In this document: positions 34,836 through 44,701 of the stretch, piece after piece
Layout: each line of letters begins with the position of its first letter
Numbering within the stretch: position 1 is the first letter of the stretch
IMG/VR virus record: IMGVR_UViG_2772190774_000001
Span: 1-64,000 of that record
Strand: one strand, 5' to 3'
DNA: 64,000 nucleotides
DNA from: a virus
Taxonomy: Duplodnaviria > Caudoviricetes
Translations under genes and position numbers: made by a program
Notes under the pieces: model-generated
The model's database searches: none
What the model was told of the DNA's origin: nothing
Seen by the model: only the letters and a program-made list of their open reading frames with translations

Positions 34836-37505
34836 CTAGGTGCGGGCGGTGCCGCCGTAGCTGGTCGTGGCCGCGGCCCCCTGGTAGACGGGGGTGTCGG
34901 CGTCCCCCCTGTAGATCGACCAGGGTTTCGCCTTGCGGTACATGCGGCCGGCGGTGGTGGTCTCAGCAGCCAGCGCGAGCAGCCCCCGCTTGTCCCCGCC
35001 GGTTGCGGTTGCGGTGCTGGTGTCCGTCGGCTGGCCGAGGGTGGCGGCGCGGGTCAGCACCAGCAGGGTCCCCGCGCTGGTCTCGGAGGGTTGGGTGAGA
35101 GCGCGCCGCTTGGCCCGGTGGAGGATGCCAGCGACCGCCAGCTCTACCGGCTGGGCGAGGGCGCGGCCCTTCGCCGGCACAGCCTGTCCCCCTGTGCTGG
35201 TTTCCTGCGCCTGGGTGAGGCGGGTTGCCTTGGCCGGCGCCTCATGTGCGGCGGTGGTGGTCTCCTGCGGCTGGTTCATCCTGCGCGTCTTGGCGGGGAC
35301 GGCAGGCCGTCCCGTGTCCTGCTCGTCGGCCTGCCCGACGAGCTGGTGCTTGCGTCCGGCGGCGAGAGCGGCTGTGTCGGCCTCCACCGCTTGGGCGACC
35401 CCGCGGGCTCTGGTCCGGCCGATGGGGGCCGCTGTGGTGGTTTCAGCGGCTTGCGGGATGCCTGCGGTCTTGCGCCGTTCGGCTGAGGTCGCGGTTTCCG
35501 TCTCCGCCGCCTGGTTGAGGTGGGTGGCGCTGGCCCCCGTCAAGGGCGCGGTGGTGTCCTGCTCGACGGCGAGGGCGAGGGTGCTCGCTCCGGTTCGGTC
35601 GACGCTGCTCGCGGTGGTGGTCTCGATCGCCTGCGGTACGGCAGTGGCTTTGGTGGGTGTGGCCGCGCCGGGGGTGGCGGTCTCGCCTGCCTGATGGAGG
35701 TGGGCCGCCCGGGTGCGGATGGCCACGGTGGCGGTGTCCTGCTCGCCTGTCTGGGTGAGGGCGAGGTGGTGGTGCAAGGCGGTCTGCTGGGCGGTGTCCT
35801 GCTCGGTGGGCTGCCCAACCTGCCGGGCCTTGGTGTGTGCGACCGGCTGCCCGGTGTCGGCCTCTGCGGGCTGCTGAAGGGCGTACGCCTTCACGGGGGT
35901 GGGTGTGAGGGCGGCCCCGGTTTCGGTGGTCTGGGTGAGGGTGAGCGCCTTGGCGGGGGTCCCTGTGTGGGCTGAGGCGGTCTCGACCGGCTGGGTGAGG
36001 GCGAGGGCCTTGGTCGGGTCCGCGGGGGTGGCTGCGGCGATCTCAGCGGCCTGCGCGAGGCTGCCTCGCTTCTCCCCCGCCAGCGGGTGCGGGGTGATGG
36101 TCTCGGTGGCCGGGTCGATGAGGACGGCGCGGGCGAACGTGACCTGCTGCCCGGCGTCGGTCTCTGCGGCTTGGGTGAGGGTGACCGTGCCGACCCCTGT
36201 CAGCAGTTGCGCGGTGTCCGCCTCCGTGACCTGAGTGAGGGTGCTGGTCTTGGTGTGCGTGGCGGGTTGCGCTGTGGCGGTCTCGCTGGCCTGAGCGATC
36301 GGCCTGGTGTTGTTCGGCCGCACCGCCTGCGGGGTGCTGATCTCCACTGTCGAGGCGAGGGCGAGGGTCTTGACCGCCTCGGTGGGTGCGGCAGCGTCCG
36401 TCGTCGTCGCCTGCCCGTACGCCCGTGTGTGAGTGGGCTGGACGGTTTGCCCCGTGTCGGCCTCCACGGCGGTGGCGAGGGACTGTTCGTGGGTGCGGGT
36501 CAGCGCGGTACCGGTATCGACCTCACCGGTTTGGGTGATGGGGCGGGCGACGTTGGGCTGCACCGCCTGCCCGGTCTCCCCTGTGGTCGCGGCGTTCAGG
36601 GGGCCCGCCTTGGCCGGGGTGGCCTGGGTGGCGGTGTGCGTGGTGGTGACCTGCCCGAGCAGGCGGTTCCTCGCCTTGGCGAGGGCTGCGGCTGTGGTCG
36701 TCTCGGCGGGCTGGGCCACGGCACGGGCGTGCGTGAGCGTGAGCGGGCTGCCGGTGTGCAGGGTGGCCGCCTGCCCGATGCTGATCGCCCGGCCCAGACC
36801 GACCGGATTCGCCGTGTCCGCCTCCACCGCCTGCGAGATCGGCAGAGACACCGAGGATTGGGAGAACATCACAGGCGGGGTGAACGACCAGTTGATCGGC
36901 GGCCCGTCCTCGGTGGTTGCCCCAGAGCCGCCCGACAGGGTGTTCCCGTTCCCGCTGTAGTCGGCCGTGTCTGGGGAGGTCAGCGGATACCAGGCGGTGA
37001 GGCCACTGACCCGCTGCGGCAGGTATGTGAGCCCTTCAAGCTCCAACTCCGCCTGGGAAAGCGTGACACCAACCAGGACCTTGAATGCGGCGACGCTGCC
37101 GTCCAGCCACTGCGCACCTGCGGCGCTCTCACCGATCCGGAAGGTGCTGAACCCGGTCGAGGAGGGCCCGGACGCCCATGTGGTCGATGTGTAGCTGGAT
37201 GAGCTGGACGTGCGTGTAACGAGCGTGCCGCTAGCGCCGTTCTTGCTTAACCCGAAGTAGCGCCAGCTCCCATCCTGCGTGTGGTTCATGCTGACCACTA
37301 CGCCGCTCTGGTAGTACACGGTGGTGCCGGTCACGGTCTGGACCAGGGTGAAGTAGTTCGAGGTGGTCCCAACGTGCCAGACCGTGCTGCGCCCGATCCC
37401 GACCGTCGCCGCCCGGATCCAGCAGCAGACCGTGAAGGCGGACTGGGTGCCCAGGTTGAACGCGCGGCTGTAGTCCTCGCCGTCTGCGTCGAATCTGACC
37501 GCCAC
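34836..37505 (-). CDS. Fibre-like virion protein: LamG/concanavalin-like N-domain + about 30 repeats of 20 aa
   Basis: FTVCCWIR..W.YFG..FRIG..WLDGSVA LamG pattern; repeats [L/I]xQ[A/P]xExxTA. Confidence 0.7.
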   Translation of the reverse strand: MAVRFDADGEDYSRAFNLGTQSAFTVCCWIRAATVGIGRSTVWHVGTTSNYFTLVQTVTGTTVYYQSGVVVSMNHTQDGSWRYFGLSKNGASGTLVTRTSSSSSYTSTTWASGPSSTGFSTFRIGESAAGAQWLDGSVAAFKVLVGVTLSQAELELEGLTYLPQRVSGLTAWYPLTSPDTADYSGNGNTLSGGSGATTEDGPPINWSFTPPVMFSQSSVSLPISQAVEADTANPVGLGRAISIGQAATLHTGSPLTLTHARAVAQPAETTTAAALAKARNRLLGQVTTTHTATQATPAKAGPLNAATTGETGQAVQPNVARPITQTGEVDTGTALTRTHEQSLATAVEADTGQTVQPTHTRAYGQATTTDAAAPTEAVKTLALASTVEISTPQAVRPNNTRPIAQASETATAQPATHTKTSTLTQVTEADTAQLLTGVGTVTLTQAAETDAGQQVTFARAVLIDPATETITPHPLAGEKRGSLAQAAEIAAATPADPTKALALTQPVETASAHTGTPAKALTLTQTTETGAALTPTPVKAYALQQPAEADTGQPVAHTKARQVGQPTEQDTAQQTALHHHLALTQTGEQDTATVAIRTRAAHLHQAGETATPGAATPTKATAVPQAIETTTASSVDRTGASTLALAVEQDTTAPLTGASATHLNQAAETETATSAERRKTAGIPQAAETTTAAPIGRTRARGVAQAVEADTAALAAGRKHQLVGQADEQDTGRPAVPAKTRRMNQPQETTTAAHEAPAKATRLTQAQETSTGGQAVPAKGRALAQPVELAVAGILHRAKRRALTQPSETSAGTLLVLTRAATLGQPTDTSTATATGGDKRGLLALAAETTTAGRMYRKAKPWSIYRGDADTPVYQGAAATTSYGGTART

Positions 37506-37517
37506 CCCAAGCCCCCT

Positions 37518-38021
37518 CTACGAGTCGGAGTAGGCGAGGGTCAGCCCGAGGAGCATGGCATCACCCGTCATGGTGTCCCCGGCGTCGGATGGGAGGCGGG
37601 ACACCCGCAGCCACACCACGTCCCCAGCCGTCACACTGTCCAGGTTGCTGATGGTGACGTCCACGGTGTGGACCCGCTGCCCCGTCGTCCCCAGGTGGGT
37701 GTCGGTCGCGGTGTTCGCGGTCGCAAAGCTCTTGGTCTCCACGTCCTGCGTATCAGTGTTCGGGGTGATCGCCGCGAGCGCGGTCTCCCACGTCACCCCA
37801 CCCGACGACGCGGTGTCGGCGTACCACTCCACCGTGCACGTGATGTTCCCGCTGCCGTACCCCAGCAGCGGCACCTTCCAGTACGCCCGCTCCGTCGACG
37901 ACCCGTCGTAGGCCAGCGAGAACACCGGGAAGTTCGTCCCCTGCACCAACGACAGCCCGGGGAACGACGACCCCCCGAACCTCGCCGCCCCAGGGTCTAA
38001 CGCCACCCGCACCGTACCCAC
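37518..38021 (-). CDS. Beta-sandwich structural/hypothetical protein
   Basis: Beta-rich; WLRVSR; sits between the two fibre genes. Confidence 0.65.
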   Translation of the reverse strand: MGTVRVALDPGAARFGGSSFPGLSLVQGTNFPVFSLAYDGSSTERAYWKVPLLGYGSGNITCTVEWYADTASSGGVTWETALAAITPNTDTQDVETKSFATANTATDTHLGTTGQRVHTVDVTISNLDSVTAGDVVWLRVSRLPSDAGDTMTGDAMLLGLTLAYSDS

Positions 38022-39887
38022 TCAGACCTCCTCACTCGCCGACCCACCAAACCCGACCAGGGACACCCCGCCGCCGAACCCCGCCCCCACTGTGGGTTTG
38101 CGGAACACCCGCCCCACCCGCGACGCCTCCACCGCGACCGCGAGCAACCTGCCCTTCCCCACCCCGGCCCGGTGCGCCGTGGAGTCCTCCACCGCCTGCC
38201 CCAACTCACCGGCAACCCGCGCACCCAACAGGAGCGCCATCTCCCCCACGACGGCCTGGGCGAACTCAACCCGCCGGGCCACCCCACCCAACGGCAGACC
38301 CGCGTCCTGCTCCGTCACACGCCCCACCAGGCGGGTCTTCGCCGGCACGAGGCCAGCCGCCGCGTTCCCCTCGCCCGCGACACCCAGCCCGTACACAGTG
38401 GATCGTCCGACCGGGGCAGCAGCATCAACCTCAACCACCCGCCCGAGAGCCCCAGCCTTGGCGCCCACCGTGGGAGCCGTGGTGTCGGCCTCGACCGGCT
38501 GCCCCAACAGCCGCCCCAACGCCACCCGCAGCAGGCCCGCCGTAGCGTCCTCCACCACCGCCCCAAAAGGGAGCCGCCTCTCCCCAGCCACACCCCCGGC
38601 GACGTCCGTGCTGGCCGCCTGACCGAGCGTCCCCGCCACCTTCGACACCACCTCACCAGCAGCGTCCACCTCCACCGGCTGACCAAGGGTGCCCTGCTTG
38701 GCCCCACCCAGCAGGACCGCCGTGTCCGACTCGGCCGGCTGGCCCAGTGTCTGCGTCTTCGCGAGTGCGACCTGCCCCGCCGTGGTGGTTTCCGCTGGCT
38801 GCCCGAGACTGAGGTCTCTGCCCGCCCCGTACGCGGCAGCGGTGTCGTCCTCGAACGGCTGCGCGAGGGCGGTCGCCGTGGCTCGGCCTGCGGCGGTCGC
38901 GTCGTCGGTCTCCGTTGGCTGCCCCAGGTGCCCGGCGTGAGCGGGTGTCGTCGTCTGCCCGGTGCTCGTCTCCTCCGCCAGCCCAATGCTGGTGGTCTTC
39001 GCCCTCCCCGCGGGTATGGCGGTGTCCGCTTCCACCTGCTGGACGAGCGGCAGCACCCGCACTGGCTGCACGAGTTGCGCGCTGCCGACCTCGGCAGGCT
39101 GGCCCAACCCTGCGGCGCGAACCCGGGTGAACGCCGAACCGGTGTCGGTCTCTGCGGCCTGCCCCGCCGTTGCCGCCCTGCTCCGGCTGATGGCTGTGGC
39201 GGTATCGGTGGCGGTCGCTGCGAGGACGCCACGGGCTTTGGCCCTAGCGAGAACTTGACCGGTGTGCGTGGTGACGGCGATCGACATGCTGCGGGACTTC
39301 GCCGGGGTGATCGGCCGCGCAAGCTCCGATCCGGTGGCCTGCCCAAGCGCCACGGACGTGGAGTCGGAAAGGGTAGACGCCGAGTTGCCGGCGGTGCCCG
39401 TCCAAGACGCCCCCGGAGTCGCCCCATCGAAGTAAGACCCCAGGGACGACGACTGCTCAATCAGGCATTGAGTGAAGCTGGTGGCGTTGGCGGCGTAGTT
39501 CTCGCCGGTCACCACGAGCCGGACGCTCGCGGTACCGGACGGTGCGGTGCCGGTCTGGGAGATCCGCGTGACGGATCCGTTGGTCGCGCTGAACGACGAG
39601 TTGGTAAGGCTGATCGACCCGCCGCTGCCGTTCAGCCACTCAATCCAGACCGTCCCGTTGATCGGGAACGTCTCCGGCCTGAGATACACGCTGACCGTGT
39701 AGGCCAACCCGGGGGATGCGGCGCCCGCCGGGCTGGTGAGGAAACTGCCGGCGGTGTAGCGGGCGGCGAACTGGCGGGCGAACCCCAGCCCGGTGACGTC
39801 GGTACGTGTCGGGGTGGAGCCACCCGCCCAGCCGGTGTTGTTGTTGTGCAGTGCCGGGTTCGGGCACAGGTTGGTGCGGGTGGCCAT
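38022..39887 (-). CDS. Fibre-like virion protein: carbohydrate-binding-like N-domain + about 20 repeats of 20 aa
   Basis: RTNLCPNP..GW; YTVSVY; APSGTASVRL; SYFDG; repeats LGQPxExDxA. Confidence 0.7.
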   Translation of the reverse strand: MATRTNLCPNPALHNNNTGWAGGSTPTRTDVTGLGFARQFAARYTAGSFLTSPAGAASPGLAYTVSVYLRPETFPINGTVWIEWLNGSGGSISLTNSSFSATNGSVTRISQTGTAPSGTASVRLVVTGENYAANATSFTQCLIEQSSSLGSYFDGATPGASWTGTAGNSASTLSDSTSVALGQATGSELARPITPAKSRSMSIAVTTHTGQVLARAKARGVLAATATDTATAISRSRAATAGQAAETDTGSAFTRVRAAGLGQPAEVGSAQLVQPVRVLPLVQQVEADTAIPAGRAKTTSIGLAEETSTGQTTTPAHAGHLGQPTETDDATAAGRATATALAQPFEDDTAAAYGAGRDLSLGQPAETTTAGQVALAKTQTLGQPAESDTAVLLGGAKQGTLGQPVEVDAAGEVVSKVAGTLGQAASTDVAGGVAGERRLPFGAVVEDATAGLLRVALGRLLGQPVEADTTAPTVGAKAGALGRVVEVDAAAPVGRSTVYGLGVAGEGNAAAGLVPAKTRLVGRVTEQDAGLPLGGVARRVEFAQAVVGEMALLLGARVAGELGQAVEDSTAHRAGVGKGRLLAVAVEASRVGRVFRKPTVGAGFGGGVSLVGFGGSASEEV

Positions 39888-39899
39888 GGGTCCACGCCG

Positions 39900-40355
39900 C
39901 TACTGGGCGCGGAGAAGTCCGCTGGAGTTCACGACCGCGGTCACGTCCGTCCCGTCCGGGGTGAAGCTGAAGTCGTGCTTGGACACGGGGATGATGTTCG
40001 CGTCCGTCCCGGCGGTGGTGTCGCCGTCGTAGCACCACAGCAGCGCACCCACAGCATTGCCGGAGGTGGCGGTCCACACCTGGTCGGGGGCGTCGATGTC
40101 GACACGGTCGTTGGTGTCGTCGATCGTGACCGTCAACGGCGTGGTGATGGTCTTGCGGCCGAGCGATGTCTGCTCGTTGCTGGCCCCGGCGAGCAGGCTC
40201 GCGAGGTCGTCGTAGTCTTTCAGGGTGCCGTCGGCCTCCAGGCCGGACGCCTCCAGCGGCACCACGATGAGCGCATCGTTGGAGCCAGCCAGTTCCGCGA
40301 ACGTACGGATCCGGCCCTTCGCGTTATTGAAGACGAAATCCGACATTTCAGGCAC
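39900..40355 (-). CDS. Structural/hypothetical protein of the fibre cassette
   Basis: FVFNNAKGR; DFSFTPDGTDVT; GC3 bias. Confidence 0.7.
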   Translation of the reverse strand: MPEMSDFVFNNAKGRIRTFAELAGSNDALIVVPLEASGLEADGTLKDYDDLASLLAGASNEQTSLGRKTITTPLTVTIDDTNDRVDIDAPDQVWTATSGNAVGALLWCYDGDTTAGTDANIIPVSKHDFSFTPDGTDVTAVVNSSGLLRAQ

Positions 40356-40638
40356 CCACCTTCTTGCAGCGCCACGCCGTGAAGTTCAGCTTCGGGTCGC
40401 CGTTCTTGTCCTTCACCGGCCGCCCGTCCTGATCGAGATGCGGGTCGAACCCCTGGAACCGGTACTCCACCGGACCGTCAGCGGCGTTGATCGTGAGGGT
40501 GACGTCGACCAGACCAGCGTCGATCTCCCTGCCGAGCCAGGAGAAGGGGAAGACGTGCTCGTCGGGCCACTCCCCGCCGACGAGCTTGACGTCGCCGTCA
40601 CGGGTACGGCGCAGTACGAGGGATCGAGGCTTACCCAC
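40348..40638 (-). CDS. Hypothetical protein
   Basis: AAGGAG RBS + GTG; overlaps neighbours. Confidence 0.65.
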   Translation of the reverse strand: MGKPRSLVLRRTRDGDVKLVGGEWPDEHVFPFSWLGREIDAGLVDVTLTINAADGPVEYRFQGFDPHLDQDGRPVKDKNGDPKLNFTAWRCKKVGA

Positions 40639-41122
40639 GCTGGGCTCCTTCGGTAGGGATGGTGTAGGTGAGGACCAGCCCAGCGCCGTCCTCCGACGCC
40701 GCGGTGCCCGTGCAGCGGGCCTCAGCGGTCGGCGTGTGCCCGGCAGCCCGCGCGGCCTTGGCGGCGGCCAGACCGTTCTGCTGATGCCAGTCCGCATCGT
40801 CCAGGTACAGGGCGGGCTGCCGCACCGTGATCTGCCAGACGAAATCTCCGGCGCCGGTCGACGGGGAAGAGGCCGGCGCCGGAGGCTCGGCGGGCTCGTC
40901 GTCGTCGGTGAGCCAGTCGTCCTCGTCCGGCTCGGTCACGGCGTCGGGCTCGTCCTCGGTCACGGCGTCGGGCTCGTCCCGCTGCGGGGCAGGAACCTGC
41001 CCGCTGCCGGGACAGGTCTTACCGTCGGGGCCCGGGTGCTTGTACAGCAGGCCAGCCTTGGTCAGCGGCACATCGGTGTCGCCGCAGTCGGGGCATGCGC
41101 CCCGCTCGCGTGGCTCGCTCAT
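40631..41122 (-). CDS. Hypothetical protein with N-terminal Zn-ribbon and acidic linker
   Basis: CPDCG...H...CPGSG; EPDAVTEDEPDAVTE. Confidence 0.65.
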   Translation of the reverse strand: MSEPRERGACPDCGDTDVPLTKAGLLYKHPGPDGKTCPGSGQVPAPQRDEPDAVTEDEPDAVTEPDEDDWLTDDDEPAEPPAPASSPSTGAGDFVWQITVRQPALYLDDADWHQQNGLAAAKAARAAGHTPTAEARCTGTAASEDGAGLVLTYTIPTEGAQRG

Positions 41123-41230
41123 CCCAGGCTCCTCATGTTGTGGGTTCGTCCTGGCCCCCGGCCGTGGGCATCGGTGTGAGGGGCCAGGACGACGTGTGAC
41201 CGCTGATCACATGTCCTCTAGGACGCGTGA

Positions 41231-42148
41231 TCAGGCATCTTCAAGCACTGCGAACGCACGGGGGTGGGCCACGGCGAACGCCCGGCGAGCCCTGATCTTG
41301 ATGAGGGCCTGGTCCGTGAGGAACGCCGGGCCCGAGTCCGCGCCAGCGATGGCCGACTCCGGGCCCGACCGCACGCCCTTGTACAGGAACTCCCGGTTGC
41401 ACACGATCAGCAGCGGGTTCCCCGTGGGGTTGCTGGTGTTCGTCGCGTGGGTCTTCGCACCGAGCGTGTAGAAGATCTGGTGCCCGAACAGGGTGTCCGG
41501 GGTGCCAGCCGTACCCTGCACGAAGATCGGGGTGCCGTTGGTGTCCTTGATGCCGCGCATCTTCGCCTTGAACGACGGGTGGGCGATGACCAGGGCGGAG
41601 CCCTCGTCCCAGTAGTCGCCGGTCTCCACGCGGGACAGCGTGTCGGACAGGTTGTCGTATGACACCGCCGAGCCCGAGGCGCTGACGACGTAGTTGTCGT
41701 CGGCGGTGTAGCTCAGCCCGGACTGCGTGGTCCGGATGGACTTGTACACGCTGGTGAAGAGGACGGTCGTGCCGTTCTCCGCCGCGGTGCAGCCGAGCGC
41801 CGCCTGGTCGTAGAACTTCGCGAACGACGTCGCCCAGTCCATCTTCTTCGTGTTGATGACGTCCACGAGGGAGCTGTCGGCGAGGTCTTCCTCGTTGAGG
41901 CGGAGCGCCTGGCCCATCTTGCGAGCGGTCAGCAGGACCTCGTCGTTGGTGCTGGAGTCCTCCGCATAGGTGCCGCCGGCGGCGACACCCGCGACGTCCA
42001 TGCCCGCGCTGCGGGGGACGTGGCGGAGGTTGTTGGCCATGGGCCAGGAGCGGGCCATGGCCTCGATGACGGAGCGCTGGGTGACGCGCTGCACGACCTC
42101 GGAGGAGTATTCCTCCGGGATCCAGGTGGTGACGTCGTTGACGGCCAC
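41231..42148 (-). CDS. Major capsid protein (HK97 fold)
   Basis: WIPEEYSSEVV; GTPDTLFG; IRARRAFAVAHPRAFAVL; synteny. Confidence 0.9.
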   Translation of the reverse strand: MAVNDVTTWIPEEYSSEVVQRVTQRSVIEAMARSWPMANNLRHVPRSAGMDVAGVAAGGTYAEDSSTNDEVLLTARKMGQALRLNEEDLADSSLVDVINTKKMDWATSFAKFYDQAALGCTAAENGTTVLFTSVYKSIRTTQSGLSYTADDNYVVSASGSAVSYDNLSDTLSRVETGDYWDEGSALVIAHPSFKAKMRGIKDTNGTPIFVQGTAGTPDTLFGHQIFYTLGAKTHATNTSNPTGNPLLIVCNREFLYKGVRSGPESAIAGADSGPAFLTDQALIKIRARRAFAVAHPRAFAVLEDA

Positions 42149-42373
42149 GGTCGGTCCTCCGGTGGTGTTCGGGTCTCGTGTGTGTGGCCCGTCCGGGACC
42201 TGGTTGCCGCCGTACCGTCCGGTGCGGCTGTTCAGGAGATCGACGTCATAACGCGGTCGTGTTCAGCAGCGAAGCGGGAGAATGAGGTGGTGACCGAGCA
42301 CCAGCAGAACGCGCCCCACCGTTCCCGGATGTCCTGGGCTCCTCGCCCCCGCCCTGTACGATCCGCCGACCCG

Positions 42374-42628
42374 ATGGACGCAGTGATCACCTTCCTGCAG
42401 CGCGTGTCGCCCGCCGATGGCGATCTGATCGAGGCATACACATCTGCGAAGGAGCGAGCACATGCCTCACAGGCGAACTACAGGGCATGGCTAAACAACG
42501 AACGCGAGCCTTACCCAGTCCTGCCTGAAGGCCCCGAAGGGACCACGATCCCGGGTCTGGAACTCGTTCTGCGGATCTGTGCCGCCCGGTACGCCGATCA
42601 CCCGGACTACCCGAAGGACCAGCCGTGA
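42374..42628 (+). CDS. DUF6221-like protein, antisense in head operon (possible upstream start 42287)
   Basis: LRICAARYADHPDY C-terminal motif. Confidence 0.65.
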   Translation: MDAVITFLQRVSPADGDLIEAYTSAKERAHASQANYRAWLNNEREPYPVLPEGPEGTTIPGLELVLRICAARYADHPDYPKDQP

Positions 42629-42779
42629 CTTCGTGTCCGCCCGCAGGGGACAACTGGGAAGGGGGGTTCTACGACCAGCACGGGCGGCTCTGGACACACC
42701 TGCCGAACGTGGGCTGGAGGCTGGCCAGCACGGGTCGGCCGTTCCTCCGACCGCACCCCTGGTGGAAGCGACTTCTCCA

Positions 42780-42816
42780 CCCGTGAGGGTGTCCACGGCG
42801 TGGACACCCTCACGGG
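42780..42816. terminator. 17-bp perfect hairpin
   Basis: CCCGTGAGGGTGTCCAC-GGC-GTGGACACCCTCACGGG. Confidence 0.6.
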
Positions 42817-42843
42817 CTCCGTCACTCCTTGCCGAGCAAGGGC

Positions 42844-43002
42844 TCAGCCCCCGAGGAGCCAGATGGATGCCTTGTTGAGCACGCTCCACCTCGTCGGAGG
42901 CTTCTTCCCCAGCCCGGGGAACGTGACGTGTCTGTCGTTCCACGCGCCCAGCCACAAGCCGAGCTTCTCGCGATAGGTCACACCGCGAGCATAGGTCGGC
43001 AT
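42844..43002 (-). CDS. Small Trp/Lys-rich protein (52 aa)
   Basis: ATG overlaps scaffold stop; MPTYARGVTYREKLGLWLGAW. Confidence 0.5.
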   Translation of the reverse strand: MPTYARGVTYREKLGLWLGAWNDRHVTFPGLGKKPPTRWSVLNKASIWLLGG

Positions 43003-43748
43003 CAGCCCTTGCCGAGCAGCAGCGCCGCCTGCCGCTCCGACACCGACATCTCCTTCTTCGGCGGTGCGGGCTTGTTCGCCCCGTCCGCGCCCCGCGCCGG
43101 GCGCTTGACCTCGGGCTTCCGCTCCGGCTCCGGCTGGGTGTCGGCGAACAGCTCCGGCCACTCCTCCCGCAGGCTCGTCACCTGCGAGTCGAGGCCGGTC
43201 ACCTCGCCGTCGGGGTCGATCTCGATCTCGTCCATGTCGAGCAGCTTCAGCGCGCCCTTCACCCGGGACGGCTTCACCCCCGCTTCGAGCAGGGCGGCGC
43301 GCGCGCTGATGGGCTTGTACTTCGCGTCGGCCTTCCGCTGCGCTTCCTCGGCGGCTTCGCGGCGGGCGGTCTCGTCCGCCGTCTCGTTCGCCCGCTTCAG
43401 GTCGTCCAGCTCGCGTCGCAGGTCCCGCAGCGCCTTCTTCGCCGTGTCCCGATCGGCGATGACCTTACGCAGCTCAGCGCGGGACACGGGCTTCTCATCG
43501 GCGGGCTTGGGCTCGGGCTTCTCGTCCTCGGCCGTCTCGTCGGCGTCCGCCGAGTCGTCGGCCTCCTGCTCCGGGGTCTCCTCGTCGGCCTGCTCGCCCG
43601 GGCCCTCGTTGTCGCCCTCGCCGGACCCGCCGAGCACCGGCCACACCCAGCGCCCGGACGGCAACTGGCCGATCGCCGTCAGGCCCGTGAACGGGTGAAC
43701 CGGCAGCGTGTTCATCATCGTGTCGTCCATCCGGACTCTCCTTCTCAT
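43002..43748 (-). CDS. Capsid scaffolding protein
   Basis: Acidic N-region, coiled coil, LREEWPELFA; synteny. Confidence 0.8.
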   Translation of the reverse strand: MRRRVRMDDTMMNTLPVHPFTGLTAIGQLPSGRWVWPVLGGSGEGDNEGPGEQADEETPEQEADDSADADETAEDEKPEPKPADEKPVSRAELRKVIADRDTAKKALRDLRRELDDLKRANETADETARREAAEEAQRKADAKYKPISARAALLEAGVKPSRVKGALKLLDMDEIEIDPDGEVTGLDSQVTSLREEWPELFADTQPEPERKPEVKRPARGADGANKPAPPKKEMSVSERQAALLLGKG

Positions 43749-44701
43749 GGGCGCCGTCCAGCGCCAGTCGGTACAGCACGACCACGAGGGAACCGGCCGG
43801 CGCGGACCGCGTCCCGCCCGTACTCCTCAACGGTCTTGGGTAGTCCTGCGCCGCGGCGGAGCAGCCGGTCAGCGGCACGCAACCGGGCAGGCTCCGACTC
43901 GCTGGGCAGGGAGAAGCCGCGGACAACGGAGCGGCGGGCCTCGCGGCGGAGCGCGTCGGCGGCTCCTTGGGCGTCACCCCACACAGCCCTGACACGGCAC
44001 CGACACGAGGGGTGCCGGGGTGGGCGTCCTGTGAACCCAAGCCACAGCAACGGCTTGTCGCCGAACGTGCGGTTCTGGGGGAACCGCTCCCCCACCTTGA
44101 CGATCTGCCCGGACAGGGCCGTGCAGGTGAGGCAGGCGTCCCTCTCGGCGATCCACATGACACCGTCCGCGCCGGTCTGCCTCGCGACGGCGTCCACGCC
44201 CATGCTCGCGGCCTGGTTCACGGCGGTCGCGGCCACGGCCGACAGCCGGGAGGCGACCCGCTCGGCCGCCTCACGGGCCGCCTGCTGGTTGGGGGCGGAG
44301 CGGACAGCCGCGGCGCCCTGGTCGAGCAGGGCGCGGATCTCCTGGGCGGCGCGGGTTTCCAGGATCGTCGTCTGCGGCATCCGCGGGGACACCGGGTGTC
44401 GGGCGCGGCGGGCTCCCTGCGGTCTCCTACGGGCCGCCACACGGGCGCGGGGACCCCGGCCACGAGGACGGGCCAGTCTCGCCCCACGGGCCCCCAGAGC
44501 CGCGCCCACACGCACGGCACGCCGCACCGCGGCCCGTACCACACGAGTCACCGCATCCCGCAGCGCCAGCAGGGCGGCGGCGGTGATGCCCGCGGCGATG
44601 GCCGCCTCCACCAGATGCCGCACGGTGTGGCTGGCCTGCTCCTCCAAGGCGACGAGCGCCTGCTCCTCCGGCGGCGGCGGCTGCTCGGGTGGGGTGGTCA
44701 C
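43745..44701 (-). CDS. Head morphogenesis (Mu gpF/SPP1 gp7-like) protein
   Basis: WIAERDACLTC; PPRHPSCRCRV. Confidence 0.75.
   Translation of the reverse strand: MTTPPEQPPPPEEQALVALEEQASHTVRHLVEAAIAAGITAAALLALRDAVTRVVRAAVRRAVRVGAALGARGARLARPRGRGPRARVAARRRPQGARRARHPVSPRMPQTTILETRAAQEIRALLDQGAAAVRSAPNQQAAREAAERVASRLSAVAATAVNQAASMGVDAVARQTGADGVMWIAERDACLTCTALSGQIVKVGERFPQNRTFGDKPLLWLGFTGRPPRHPSCRCRVRAVWGDAQGAADALRREARRSVVRGFSLPSESEPARLRAADRLLRRGAGLPKTVEEYGRDAVRAGRFPRGRAVPTGAGRRP

Noticed and set aside
40936-40980. Short tandem repeat GTCACGGCGTCGGGCTCGTCC
   Set aside because: Simple coding duplication (EPDAVTE) in an acidic linker
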